Below are positions 52,846 through 61,713 of a DNA stretch of 64,000 bases, in pieces. The stretch comes from Gammaproteobacteria bacterium (lineage in GTDB: Bacteria > Pseudomonadota > Gammaproteobacteria > SZUA-152), in the NCBI GenBank assembly GCA_029882975.1, contig JAOUJW010000015.1, positions 6,450-70,449 on the forward strand, written 5' to 3'. The position numbers and the translations under genes are program-made. Numbering within the stretch: the stretch's first letter is position 1; every line of letters begins with the position of its first letter. A model generated the notes under the pieces. That model ran no database searches, was not told the DNA's origin, and worked only from the letters and a program-made list of their open reading frames with translations.

Positions 52846-52861
52846 CTGTGAACTGCGTCAC
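52846..52861. promoter_or_regulatory. Perfect CRP-consensus-like palindrome TGTGA-N6-TCACA about 120 bp upstream of peptide gene 2
   Basis: TGTGAactgcgTCACA seen in the sequence. It overlaps the duplicated AATTCTGTGAACT motif. Confidence 0.3.
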
Positions 52862-52981
52862 AAACCACGGTTGAACGGTATCAAATAAATGTCAATTTGT
52901 ACGTAACAAACAATGCTCGCTTGAACACTGCGGCAAAACAATAATCCGAAACGACGCGACATCTATAGGAGTACTCCAAGT

Positions 52982-53110
52982 ATGAAAAAAATTGCACTCG
53001 CTCTACTGTTGACCTTTGCTTTCACCGGTTTAGCAATGGCGGCTGATGATAGTTTTTATACCCAGCAAAACATCGAACTGGATGGCAATTGGGGGGACTC
53101 CGACTGCTAA
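52982..53110 (+). CDS. Small secreted peptide precursor, paralog 2 (42 aa: MKKIALALLLTFAFTGLAMAADDSFYTQQNIELDGNWGDSDC)
   Basis: AGGAG RBS. Signal peptide (AMA|AD). Conserved C-terminal FY.Q.NIELDG.WGD.DC shared with paralog 1. Followed by a strong rho-independent terminator. Below the 60-aa cutoff of the ORF track; found by eye. Confidence 0.55.
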   Translation: MKKIALALLLTFAFTGLAMAADDSFYTQQNIELDGNWGDSDC

Positions 53111-53156
53111 GCCAAACCGCCTCTTGTCGAATGACCGGAGGACATGCGAATTACGA

Positions 53157-53186
53157 CGGGAGTCCATGGCGGCTCCCGTTTTTTTT
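53157..53186 (+). terminator. Rho-independent terminator after peptide gene 2 (CGGGAG-loop-CTCCCG then T8)
   Basis: Seen in the sequence: acgacgggagtccatggcggctcccgtttttttt. Confidence 0.5.
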
Positions 53187-53419
53187 GCCCGAATAGAACT
53201 ATTTCACACCATTTCGCGGTTATTTAATATCCCCCAAAGTTCTTATCCCCAACATCCTACCAAGCTTTACCAGGCGGCGCAAAATAGCTCTGGTGGTCAT
53301 GGTTTTTGGTAGGATTCTTGTATGCAATATGTGTGTCATCTGTATTTTTTTTACATTCTATGACCTATAATTCTTCAACAATTGGTTATTTTTAACTCTT
53401 TAATGGACGTATATAGGGA

Positions 53420-54331
53420 ATGGCCAAAGCACATTTACTTCAGCAACTAAGAGAGGAAATTCGTCTTCGTCACCTCAATGTGAAGACCGAAAACGCCTAC
53501 ATCAGCTGGATCAAACGATTTATTCTGTTTCACGATAGAAAACACCCCAGGGATTTGGGCCGAAATGAAATACGTGCGTTCATCTCCCACATAACTCAAG
53601 AGAAAAAGGCACCGCCTGACTCTCACAATCAGGCATTGGCCGCTTTGGTGTTTCTCTACAAACATGTCGTCCCATTTAGACACATTCAAACTGAACCGGT
53701 TCACGAAACCAAGCCGCCAACTGTTTTTTCGCACGAAGAGGCAATGGCTGTATTGGAGAAACTCCACGGTGCGTTTTGGCTGATTGCTTATTTGATGTAC
53801 GGATCAGGCTTGCGTGTACAGGAATGTCTATCACTGCGCGTCAAAGACCTGAATTTTGACACTCGCCAAATTAAAGTCAGAGGCCATGGCTCCTGCAAAG
53901 AACGCGTGGCAGTATTCCCCTCCATACTCAGCGAACCTTTGCACTTGCAGTTGTACGCGGTAAAAACCTGGTTTGATCGAGACATGAAAGCCGGTCGCTA
54001 TAAAAACGACCCCCGGTGCGCCAATGATCCGTATTGGGAGGAACAGTACGAATGGCAGGATCAATACGTATTCCCCAGCTTTACCCCTGTTTCCGAAGAA
54101 ATCGATAGCTTTATTCTACGCAGCCACATAGATGCACAACGGTTACAGCGTATTGTAAAACAAGCGATTCAGGACGCCGGCATAAGTAGAAACGCCAGCA
54201 TCCACACATTCCGACATTCCTTTGCTTGTGAAATGCTTAAAAGAGGTAATGATATGCGTTTCCTGCAACGAATTTTAGGCCACAATCGTATCTCTACGAC
54301 TATGATCTATTCCCGAGTGGAAAGCATTTAA
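53420..54331 (+). CDS. intI: Integron-integrase-like tyrosine recombinase (IntI family)
   Basis: 303 aa. Strong resemblance to IntI1 along the whole length. N-terminal ..[21 protein letters not shown]... matches IntI1 [47 protein letters not shown] matches [65 protein letters not shown] matches [39 protein letters not shown], including the catalytic Y. It also has the extra segment between patches II and III that is characteristic of IntI. Confidence 0.75.
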   Translation: [303 protein letters not shown]

Positions 54332-54377
54332 TTCTTGAAACACTTTATTGCGTTTTTTTTGCAGCAGCGACACCCAT

Positions 54378-54397
54378 CTGAGCGGTAACCCGCTCAG
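54378..54397. terminator. Bidirectional terminator hairpin CTGAGCGG-taac-CCGCTCAG between the convergent intI and arsC genes (overlaps the arsC stop)
   Basis: 8-bp perfect stem, preceded by a T8 run. Confidence 0.45.
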
Positions 54398-54813
54398 ATC
54401 ACTGACTCCAGGGAAATCACGAATTCACGAATCTGATCCCGCACCAGACGATAACAGTCCAGGGCCGCTTGGGCATCGGCTGCCGCTTGGGCTAGTTTGG
54501 GTGGATCATCAAAACCCACATGAATTTTCTTCACGGGCGGGTCCACACGTGGGCAGGTTTCATCGGCATGTGCACACACGGTAAAAATCACATCAAACTG
54601 CACGTGCGACAATTCAGTCAATGTTTTGGAATAGTGCCCCGACATATCCACACCGACTTCCTGCATGACGGCCACCGCGTTGGGGTTCATACCGTGAGTC
54701 TCTATTCCTGCCGAATAGAAGTGATAGTCACTATCTTTGTAGTAATGCCGGGCCCAAGCCTCAGCCATTTGGCTACGACAAGAATTACCCGTACATAGAA
54801 ACAGCAGATTCAT
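54394..54813 (-). CDS. arsC: Thioredoxin-coupled arsenate reductase ArsC (LMW-PTP fold)
   Basis: 139 aa. LCTGNSCRSQMAE P-loop. Two downstream Cys (VCAHADETCP), matching B. subtilis/S. aureus-type ArsC. Confidence 0.7.
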   Translation of the reverse strand: MNLLFLCTGNSCRSQMAEAWARHYYKDSDYHFYSAGIETHGMNPNAVAVMQEVGVDMSGHYSKTLTELSHVQFDVIFTVCAHADETCPRVDPPVKKIHVGFDDPPKLAQAAADAQAALDCYRLVRDQIREFVISLESVI

Positions 54814-54850
54814 CAGTCAAGAACCCATTAGCTAAACGGCCGGCTATGCC

Positions 54851-55567
54851 CTAGTCCCCCTTGGCCTCTTCTTCCATCTTTTCAAAGCTGGTATGGCGCA
54901 CATCTTTACCTTTAACCAGATAAATAATGTATTCACAGATATTTCTGGCGTGATCCCCAATACGTTCCAAAGCTCTGGCAGACCACATCACATCCAAAGT
55001 TCTTTTTACATTGCGTGGATCTTCCATCATATGAGTGATCATTTGGCGCATAATGCCATCATATTCACGATCCACTTTGAGATCTTCTTTGGCCACATTG
55101 ACCGCATCTTCAGCATCCATCCGTGCAAAAGCATCCAAGGCCGCATGCAGAATATTACGCACTTGATCTCCCAAATGCTGTAGTTCACTGTACTGATTCT
55201 TGGGCCGCTCCATTTCGGAAAGATGAATAGCCATGCGAGCTACGCGTTCGGCTTGATCACCTATACGCTCAAGGTCAGTAATGGTTTTTATCACGGCGAT
55301 GACCAGACGCAAGTCGAATGCCGTTGGCTGACGTCGTGCCAGTATTTGAGTACATTCTTCGTCAATGGCCACTTCCAATGCATTAACTTGGTAGTCATGG
55401 GTAATTACGGATTCGGCCAGCTCCACATCGTTGTTGGCCAAGGCTGTAATCGCATGATTAATTTGCTCCTCCACCAAACCACCCATGGCCAGAACTTTAT
55501 TCCTGACATCTTCCAACTCTTCGTTGAATTGTCTGGAAATGTGATGGCGAATTCTATTGTTTTCCAT
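54851..55567 (-). CDS. phoU: Phosphate signalling complex protein PhoU
   Basis: Start set at MENNRIRHHISRQFNEELE (aligns with the E. coli PhoU N-terminus). The track ORF extends to 55585. Confidence 0.9.
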   Translation of the reverse strand: MENNRIRHHISRQFNEELEDVRNKVLAMGGLVEEQINHAITALANNDVELAESVITHDYQVNALEVAIDEECTQILARRQPTAFDLRLVIAVIKTITDLERIGDQAERVARMAIHLSEMERPKNQYSELQHLGDQVRNILHAALDAFARMDAEDAVNVAKEDLKVDREYDGIMRQMITHMMEDPRNVKRTLDVMWSARALERIGDHARNICEYIIYLVKGKDVRHTSFEKMEEEAKGD

Positions 55568-55615
55568 GCTTAACCTCGGTTTCAATTATGTTCGAAAAAA
55601 CCACCCCAGCCCTAA

Positions 55616-56452
55616 TTAACCATAACGCCCGGTAATATAATCTTCCGTTTGCTTTTTGGATGGATTGGTAAACAACGCATTGGTATCCCCGAATTCGATT
55701 AACTCGCCCATGTACATAAATGCGGTATAGTCGGATACCCTGGCGGCCTGTTGCATGTTGTGGGTAACAATGACAATAGTATACTTGTTTTTCAGCTCAT
55801 AGATCAGTTCTTCAATTTTCAGCGTGGAAATGGGGTCCAGTGCTGATGCCGGCTCATCCAGCAATAAAACTTCCGGTTCGATGGCGATGGCCCGGGCGAT
55901 CACCAGGCGTTGTTGTTGCCCCCCCGACAGCCCCAAAGCGTTGTCGTTCAAGCGATCTTTCACTTCATCCCAAAGAGCCGCACCCTTGATAGCTTTTTCC
56001 ACCACTTCATCCAAAGTACGACGATCATTAACCCCTTGAATGCGCAAACCGTAAGCAACGTTCTCATAGATGGATTTGGGAAAAGGATTGGGTTTTTGAA
56101 ATACCATTCCTACCCGTCGACGCAGGTCCGCCACATCCACCGATTTTTGGAAAATATTGTTGCCATCCAGGAGTATTTCGCCCTCTATACGAACCCCATC
56201 CACCAAATCATTCATCCGATTGATGCTGCGCAGTAAGGTGCTTTTGCCGCAACCGCTGGGACCGATATAAGCGGTCACTCGTTGCTTGGGTATGACCATA
56301 CTGACACCGTGCAAAGCCTGTTTTTCCCCGTAGAAAAGATTCAGGTCCTTCACCTCGATGATCTTTTCCTCGTCTTCCGGGTTTTTTCGCACACTACCAC
56401 GTGTCAGAGCGCTCATATCGATGGCATGTGTTTTAGTTTCCTGGTTCATCAT
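55616..56452 (-). CDS. pstB: Phosphate ABC transporter ATP-binding protein PstB
   Basis: 278 aa. Walker [10 protein letters not shown]. Signature LSGGQQQR. C-terminus ..[12 protein letters not shown] identical to E. coli PstB. Confidence 0.95.
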   Translation of the reverse strand: MMNQETKTHAIDMSALTRGSVRKNPEDEEKIIEVKDLNLFYGEKQALHGVSMVIPKQRVTAYIGPSGCGKSTLLRSINRMNDLVDGVRIEGEILLDGNNIFQKSVDVADLRRRVGMVFQKPNPFPKSIYENVAYGLRIQGVNDRRTLDEVVEKAIKGAALWDEVKDRLNDNALGLSGGQQQRLVIARAIAIEPEVLLLDEPASALDPISTLKIEELIYELKNKYTIVIVTHNMQQAARVSDYTAFMYMGELIEFGDTNALFTNPSKKQTEDYITGRYG

Positions 56453-56534
56453 TCAACTCTTCGGTGGATCACTTTGTCATTAAGTTGTTAGCTTTCAAGA
56501 ACTTCAGCGCATATACTTGAGCCCATAAGCGCTT

Positions 56535-58205
56535 TCAGCCCTCTAAAGCCCGATACTTTTCCCGCAATTGATTTCGTACCGCAACTGCGGCCATATTCAG
56601 AACCACAATAACGACTACCAGCAGCAATGCCGTAGCATACACCAATGGTCTGGCTGCCTCTACGTTAGGGCTCTGAAAACCCACGTCGTATATATGGAAA
56701 CCCAAATGCATAAACTTACGATCCAAGTGCAAAAACGGCGCATTAGCGTCCAGAGCCAATGATGGTGCCAGCTTGACGACGCCCACCAACATCAAGGGTG
56801 CTACCTCGCCGGCGGCGCGGGCCACAGCCAGGATTAAACCGGTCATCATTGCCGGGCTGGCCATCGGTAATACCGTGCGCCACAAGGTTTCTGCTTTTGT
56901 TGCTCCTAATGCCAGACTGCCCTCGCGAATGGATTTGGGAATGCGTGACAGCCCTTCCTCCGTCGCAACAATCACTACGGGTAGAGTCAGCAAGGCTAAT
57001 GTCAGGGAGGCCCACATAATTCCCGGTGTACCGAAAGTGGGCGCCGGCAAGGCTTCCGGGAAAAACAGCCGATCCAAATTGCCACCGAGAAAGTATACGA
57101 AAAAACCCAATCCAAACACGCCGTATACAATGGAAGGAACGCCGGCGAGGTTGTTAACAGCAATCCGAATCAGACGCGTTAAAAATCCCTGAGTGGCATA
57201 TTCCCGCAAATACACCGCAGCGATTACACCAAAAGGGGTAACGATGATAGACATAATGATGACCATTAATACAGTGCCAAATATCGCCGGGAAAATGCCC
57301 CCTTCGGTATTGGCTTCTCGGGGATCATCGGTTAGAAACTCCCACACCTTGTGTATATAAAAACCAATTTTCGAGAGCACAGACATTTCATTGGCTTTAT
57401 AAACATTCACCACTTTGGCCAGGGGAATGTCCACGGCTTGGCCGCTCGCAGTTTCCATGGTAATGCTATCTCGATTGATATCGCTATACAGTTTGTTAAG
57501 AGCCTTCTGCAGGTGGCCATATTCCGCTTCAGCCTGCTGTTTTTCCTGCGCTAATTCCTGCTGATTTTGCGTGTTCCAATCCCCCTGCAGTTCCAGCTTT
57601 TTTTGACGCAGACGCAGACGTTCCAACTGATAGTTGATGGTACCAATATCGTCTTTTTCGATTTTTCGAATTTGGGAGTGTAGCTCGGCGGCTCGATCCA
57701 GTTGCTGCTCCAGTTCCGCCCACAGCGCCTCTTTCGCATCAATGACTTTACCATCCGCTTTAACAGATTTCAGATAGCCGTAAAAATTTCCCCATTCGTA
57801 ACGCTCTACAGTGACCAACGCTTCCGGTGTGGATTGTTTATCAATATTGGGAACCAACAACCATTGAAAATCCAAACCCAGAACATCTCGATTACCGGTT
57901 TTGACCAACAACCGCTGTACACGTTGGGCGCTTGCATCCAACCGGCCTTCAGCCAGGGTGATACCCGCATCCTGCAATCGTCTTAACGGAACCGTCTCCT
58001 CGTCGGTAACCTCACCAATAATCCGGACCTGTTGGTTGTTTTTGTCCACATAGGAAAATTCAGTCACATCGGCAGGCCAAAAATGCCCCAGACCTCTGAT
58101 GGCAATCAACAGCAACAGGCCGCACACCAACACTATGCTGGTACTGACCGCTGCCGCGTTCAACCATACCCAAGGCGCTCCACTTTTTATCCAACGATTC
58201 ATCAT
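56535..58205 (-). CDS. pstA: Phosphate ABC transporter permease PstA (long form)
   Basis: 556 aa. Long N-terminal periplasmic extension as in Pseudomonas. C-terminal permease core. Confidence 0.9.
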   Translation of the reverse strand: MMNRWIKSGAPWVWLNAAAVSTSIVLVCGLLLLIAIRGLGHFWPADVTEFSYVDKNNQQVRIIGEVTDEETVPLRRLQDAGITLAEGRLDASAQRVQRLLVKTGNRDVLGLDFQWLLVPNIDKQSTPEALVTVERYEWGNFYGYLKSVKADGKVIDAKEALWAELEQQLDRAAELHSQIRKIEKDDIGTINYQLERLRLRQKKLELQGDWNTQNQQELAQEKQQAEAEYGHLQKALNKLYSDINRDSITMETASGQAVDIPLAKVVNVYKANEMSVLSKIGFYIHKVWEFLTDDPREANTEGGIFPAIFGTVLMVIIMSIIVTPFGVIAAVYLREYATQGFLTRLIRIAVNNLAGVPSIVYGVFGLGFFVYFLGGNLDRLFFPEALPAPTFGTPGIMWASLTLALLTLPVVIVATEEGLSRIPKSIREGSLALGATKAETLWRTVLPMASPAMMTGLILAVARAAGEVAPLMLVGVVKLAPSLALDANAPFLHLDRKFMHLGFHIYDVGFQSPNVEAARPLVYATALLLVVVIVVLNMAAVAVRNQLREKYRALEG

Positions 58206-60484
58206 AGCGAACTGTATTTCTCCCGCAAACGCTGCCGTACCAACTCAGCGACGGTATTGAAAATGAATGTGAACATAAATAAAACCAGGGCCGCCAGAAA
58301 CAACACTCGGTAGTGGGTACTATCCACTTCCGATTCCGGCATTTCCACGGCGATATTAGCCGAAAGGGTTCGCATCCCTTGAAAAATACTCAAATCCATA
58401 ACAGGCGTGTTTCCTGTTGCCATCAACACAATCATGGTTTCCCCTACAGCCCTTCCGAAACCGATCATGACCGCAGAGAAAATACCGGGACTTGCTGTTA
58501 ACAGTACCACCCGCACCATGGTCTGCCATGGTGTGGCACCCAGAGCCAAAGAACCATAGGTCAAGTGTTTAGGCACACTGAAAATCGCATCTTCGGCAAT
58601 GGAAAAAATGGTCGGAATCACGGCAAAGCCCATAGCAATACCAACCACCAATGAGTTGCGTTGATCAAAATCAATCCCGGCATCTTTCAGCCATACGCGC
58701 ATATCACCGCTGAAAAGCAAATTCTCTATGGGCTGACTCATGGCGAAACTCAACCATCCCACGACGATAATCACGGGAATCAATAACGCCGCGTCCCAAC
58801 CCTCAGGAATGGCATGACGATACTTTTCCGGCACGTGCTGCCAAGAATAAGCAAACGCCAGAATAGCCATGGGCATGACCAACAATAACGTAAATATACC
58901 CGACAAATGCGTCTCCACCAGCGGTGCCAACCACAAACCGGCGAGAAACCCCAATATGACTGTTGGTAAAGCCTCCATAATTTCAATACCAGGCTTCACC
59001 ATACGACGCATACGCGGCGCCATAAAGTACGCGGTATAAATCGCCCCCATAATTGCCAGTGGAATGGCGATGAGCATGGCGTAAAACGCAGCTTTTAAGG
59101 TGCCAAAAACCAAGGGTGTTAAACTAAACTTGGGCTCAAAATCATTGCTGGCAGAGGAAGATTGCCAAATGTATTGTTCTTCGGGGTAGTTTTCATACCA
59201 GACTTTACCCCATAAAGAGGACCAGGACACTTCCGGGTGCTCATTAACCAGTGCAAAAAAATTCAGCTTCTCACTACCCTCTTCACCGCCTTCAACCAGC
59301 AGGGCGTTTGCCCTGGGCGCCAAAGATACGGCCCGCGGCTTAGACGTCACCGGCTCCAACAACAAAACCCGCTCTGCCGTAGAATGATAAACCCCCAAGT
59401 AGCCGTTTTCATCCAAAACAACAAATCCTTTGCGACTGTATTCCGACACCACACTATGGACAGCGGCTTCCCTCTCGTGAAAGCTGCGAAACTTGCGTAG
59501 CTCCGGTTTATTACTCGCATTACGAACGGGGGACCATTGGCTTATGTAACCCGCCGAATCACCGGCTAATAGAGAAATGTCTCCGGTTAAAAATTCCAAG
59601 CGGGTTAAAAGCTGTCCTTTACCTAAAATATTGGTGTGTTGCAATAAAGTCGGAAATTCCTTATCGCTAATATCATAAGCACTGAGCTCGCCTTTGGCGT
59701 TAGCCAAATAGACAGTACGCTGCTCTTTGTCCAATAAAAGAAACTCGATGTTTTCCACCTTCAACTCAATCACTGCCTGAGTTTTAGTGGAATCCGATTC
59801 CTCTGCTTCGAATAAATTTTCTTCTTTGGCAAAGCTGGTAATAATCAATCGGTCGTCCACGGTGAGAGCCACGATGGTGGAAGACTCTTCACCCAGTTTG
59901 ACAGCAATTTGGCTTATCTCACGCTCCTGCTCATCCACCAGCAAGGGATCCGGCCCCAAAGGAAATATCAATTCCGGGTCGATACGACGGACATTATTGG
60001 GATAACTGACCTTGTACTTATGCTGAGCCACGATGACATGACCGGAGGAAGTACCGTATGCAACCGTCCCCTTTGTAGGATCTCCCTGAGTGAAACTGGT
60101 CAACACGGCGTCTTTGGGCGTCTCAATACGATCCGTTCTGATACTCGAACCTTTGCGGGCATCGAAAAAGATGGCGTAACCCTGATTGGTAAATCGTACT
60201 CCAATTTCATTTTGCTCTTCCATGGCCAGCAGCACACTGGCACCTTTGTCTCCACCCGGCACGCTGTATTCAGCTTCTTTTTGCAGAGATGCCGGTAAAA
60301 ACAAAGGGAAAACAACATAGAGCAAATAGAAAAAAATCAGAACAATAGCGATGATGACGCTTATACCACCGATACCGACACTGTAGCGGGCGATAATATC
60401 TTTGATATAGCGCCAGCGTCTTAGCTTCTCAGCTCGACCCAATTGCAGGCTGCTGGAATGACTCGTAGGGGAATCACTATTCAT
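58202..60484 (-). CDS. pstC: Phosphate ABC transporter permease PstC (long form)
   Basis: 760 aa. Large N-terminal domain plus C-terminal permease. Overlaps pstA by 4 bp. Confidence 0.9.
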   Translation of the reverse strand: MNSDSPTSHSSSLQLGRAEKLRRWRYIKDIIARYSVGIGGISVIIAIVLIFFYLLYVVFPLFLPASLQKEAEYSVPGGDKGASVLLAMEEQNEIGVRFTNQGYAIFFDARKGSSIRTDRIETPKDAVLTSFTQGDPTKGTVAYGTSSGHVIVAQHKYKVSYPNNVRRIDPELIFPLGPDPLLVDEQEREISQIAVKLGEESSTIVALTVDDRLIITSFAKEENLFEAEESDSTKTQAVIELKVENIEFLLLDKEQRTVYLANAKGELSAYDISDKEFPTLLQHTNILGKGQLLTRLEFLTGDISLLAGDSAGYISQWSPVRNASNKPELRKFRSFHEREAAVHSVVSEYSRKGFVVLDENGYLGVYHSTAERVLLLEPVTSKPRAVSLAPRANALLVEGGEEGSEKLNFFALVNEHPEVSWSSLWGKVWYENYPEEQYIWQSSSASNDFEPKFSLTPLVFGTLKAAFYAMLIAIPLAIMGAIYTAYFMAPRMRRMVKPGIEIMEALPTVILGFLAGLWLAPLVETHLSGIFTLLLVMPMAILAFAYSWQHVPEKYRHAIPEGWDAALLIPVIIVVGWLSFAMSQPIENLLFSGDMRVWLKDAGIDFDQRNSLVVGIAMGFAVIPTIFSIAEDAIFSVPKHLTYGSLALGATPWQTMVRVVLLTASPGIFSAVMIGFGRAVGETMIVLMATGNTPVMDLSIFQGMRTLSANIAVEMPESEVDSTHYRVLFLAALVLFMFTFIFNTVAELVRQRLREKYSSL

Positions 60485-60526
60485 AACAGAGGATCATAAC
60501 GGACAATTGTTACAGTAATATGACAG

Positions 60527-60562
60527 CCCCCAAAACCCAAACGCCGTCGGCAAGGACGGCGC
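60527..60562 (-). terminator. Intra-operon hairpin plus U-run between pstS and pstC; putative partial terminator or attenuator
   Basis: Minus strand: GCGCCGTCcttgccGACGGCG followed by TTTGGGTTTTGGGGG. Confidence 0.45.
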
Positions 60563-60587
60563 TTCAATCCTGAATTCACAGCAAACA

Positions 60588-61553
60588 CTACAGGTTTGAC
60601 AGAACCTTACTAACCACTTTGCTGGATAAGGGGACATAACCATCCTTGATCACGACTTGTTGCCCGGTTTGAGACAACACCATCTTAATAAACTCTTTTT
60701 CCAATGGCGGCAAAGGCTTATTGGGGTGTTTATTGACATAGACAAACAAAAACCGCGACAAAGGGTATTTACCGCTGGCTGCGTTTTTCTTAGTTGCGTC
60801 AAAGTACTTTGCACCGTTTTTCTTTGCAATTGGAACGGCTTTAACCCCTGATGTCTTATAGCCTATACCGGAATACCCTATCCCATTGATTGAGGAAGTA
60901 ATGGATTGCACAACAGATGCAGATCCAGGTTGCTCATTGACATTATTCTTAAAATCACCTTTGCAAAGGGCTTTTTTCTTAAAAAATCCGTAGGTTCCGG
61001 ATACTGAATTTCTTCCGTAAAGCTGAATTCCACGATTTTTCCAACCACCACTCAAACCCAGGTCTCCCCAGGATTGTATGTCTTTATCGTGCCGACATTT
61101 GCGTGTAGAAGAGAAAACCGCATCGACTTGAGCGATAGTCAATCCGGAGATGGGGTTGTCTTTATGCACATACACCGCTAACGCGTCGATTGCAACCGGT
61201 ATTGCCAGGGGTTTATAACCATAACGCTTTTCAAATGCCGCCGTCTCCTTGTCCTTCATTTTGCGGCTCATGGGCCCCAGGTTGGCTGTAGCTTCGGTCA
61301 ACGCCGGAGGTGCGGTGGAAGATCCGGCCGCCTGTATTTGTACATTTACATTGGGATATAAACGTTTGAATTCTTCTGCCCACAGGGTCATAAGATTGGC
61401 TAAAGTATCCGAGCCCACACTGGACAAATTGCCGGAAACGCCACTGGATTTTTTATACTGGGGCAATTTAGGGTCCACATCCTGAGCCTGCGCCGGAACC
61501 AAATAAATCAAACTCAAGGCCGTTACGGTGGTAAACACCTGTTTAAATTTCAT
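60588..61553 (-). CDS. pstS: Phosphate ABC transporter substrate-binding protein PstS
   Basis: 321 aa. Signal peptide. PBP fold. Pho box upstream. Confidence 0.9.
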   Translation of the reverse strand: MKFKQVFTTVTALSLIYLVPAQAQDVDPKLPQYKKSSGVSGNLSSVGSDTLANLMTLWAEEFKRLYPNVNVQIQAAGSSTAPPALTEATANLGPMSRKMKDKETAAFEKRYGYKPLAIPVAIDALAVYVHKDNPISGLTIAQVDAVFSSTRKCRHDKDIQSWGDLGLSGGWKNRGIQLYGRNSVSGTYGFFKKKALCKGDFKNNVNEQPGSASVVQSITSSINGIGYSGIGYKTSGVKAVPIAKKNGAKYFDATKKNAASGKYPLSRFLFVYVNKHPNKPLPPLEKEFIKMVLSQTGQQVVIKDGYVPLSSKVVSKVLSNL

Positions 61554-61597
61554 TATCTATTTTCTCCATTAACTTTGAGTGTCCTATTATTCAAACT

Positions 61598-61641
61598 CCA
61601 AATGACATGCAGATGAAACTTTTATGACATTTATATTACAG
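61598..61641 (-). promoter_or_regulatory. Pho box: four 7-bp CTGTCAT-like direct repeats at 11-bp periodicity upstream of pstS
   Basis: Minus strand: CTGTAATataaATGTCATaaaaGTTTCATctgcATGTCAT, located 45-90 bp upstream of the pstS start. Confidence 0.55.
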
Positions 61642-61713
61642 TACGCTGAAGTAGCGCCGACACAGAGTGCCGGCTTTGACAGCGCAAACAACTCCGGGGA
61701 ACACGAAGAGCAC

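Noticed and set aside
53340-53356. Possible LexA (SOS) box upstream of the integrase gene
   Set aside because: The sequence is CTGT-N9-ACAT, whereas the gammaproteobacterial consensus is CTGT-N8-ACAG. Both the spacing and the right arm are off.
51221-53419. attI/attC recombination sites expected next to the integrase gene
   Set aside because: Only isolated GTTRRRY-like strings (about 52783 and about 52869) occur, without the paired inverse core or the R''-L''/L'-R' geometry. This cannot be confirmed by eye and needs a covariance-model search.
51255-54344. Imperfect inverted repeats flanking the 3.1-kb peptide/integrase module
   Set aside because: Only about 9 of 10 positions match over a very short, AT-rich core, which is within chance expectation. 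It is noted under the integrase finding only.
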